From assembly GCA_041661425.1 (NCBI GenBank), contig JBAZUI010000005.1, positions 1 through 63,967 of the forward strand: a DNA stretch of 63,967 bases, given 5' to 3'. Under the pieces are notes generated by a model. That model was not told where the DNA came from. It made no database searches and saw nothing but the letters and a program-made list of their open reading frames with translations. Every line of letters begins with the position of its first letter. Within the stretch, counting starts at the first letter, position 1. The stretch is from Patescibacteria group bacterium (GTDB lineage: Bacteria > Patescibacteriota > Patescibacteriia > UBA9934). The position numbers were made by a program, and so were the translations under genes. Below, piece by piece: positions 63,917-63,967 of this stretch.

Positions 63917-63967
63917 TCTGTTAAACTACTACCATATGAGCAGAAGAATATTTACGAAGGAACAGAT

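Noticed and set aside
63936-63967. Possible CDS start (ATG at 63936, MSRRIFTKEQ...) at the window edge.
   Set aside because: Only about 10 codons are visible, so neither a gene nor a product can be supported.

Overview
This 64-kb window looks like a small-genome, CPR/Patescibacteria-like bacterium using the standard genetic code; the phylum call is an inference from gene content. It starts inside the 3' end of a 23S rRNA gene, followed by a 5S rRNA. Housekeeping content includes a non-oxidative pentose-phosphate cluster: split transketolase, rpe, rpiB, a PfkB kinase and an aldolase-like gene. There are five aminoacyl-tRNA synthetases (ileS, trpS, valS-tyrS-argS), plus ruvA, uvrA, RNase J, secG, rplS, cca and pseudouridine synthases. 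A long minus-strand envelope operon runs sugar transferase, three GT4 glycosyltransferases, a DUF4012 protein and a repeat-domain protein. There is also a ~1,400-aa FG-GAP surface protein broken by an in-frame TAG. RNA genes are six CCA-encoding tRNAs (Ala-TGC, Leu-CAG, Ile-TAT, Val-GAC, Val-TAC, Leu-GAG) and an unusually long RNase P RNA. The most unusual content is non-coding. (1) The 5S gene and three tRNA genes each carry an insertion flanked by a 20-42 nt duplication of the RNA gene's own 3' end. (2) Three families of structured repeats sit next to stable-RNA genes, and several show compensatory stem changes between copies. (3) Upstream of rnpB lie two promoter-RNA-terminator modules (~290 and ~400 nt) that I cannot assign to any known RNA. 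(4) Three visibly GC-richer islets (a frameshifted pyrF, a three-gene cassette, a single small gene) all abut these RNA loci. No CRISPR array, integrase or transposase gene was recognised.
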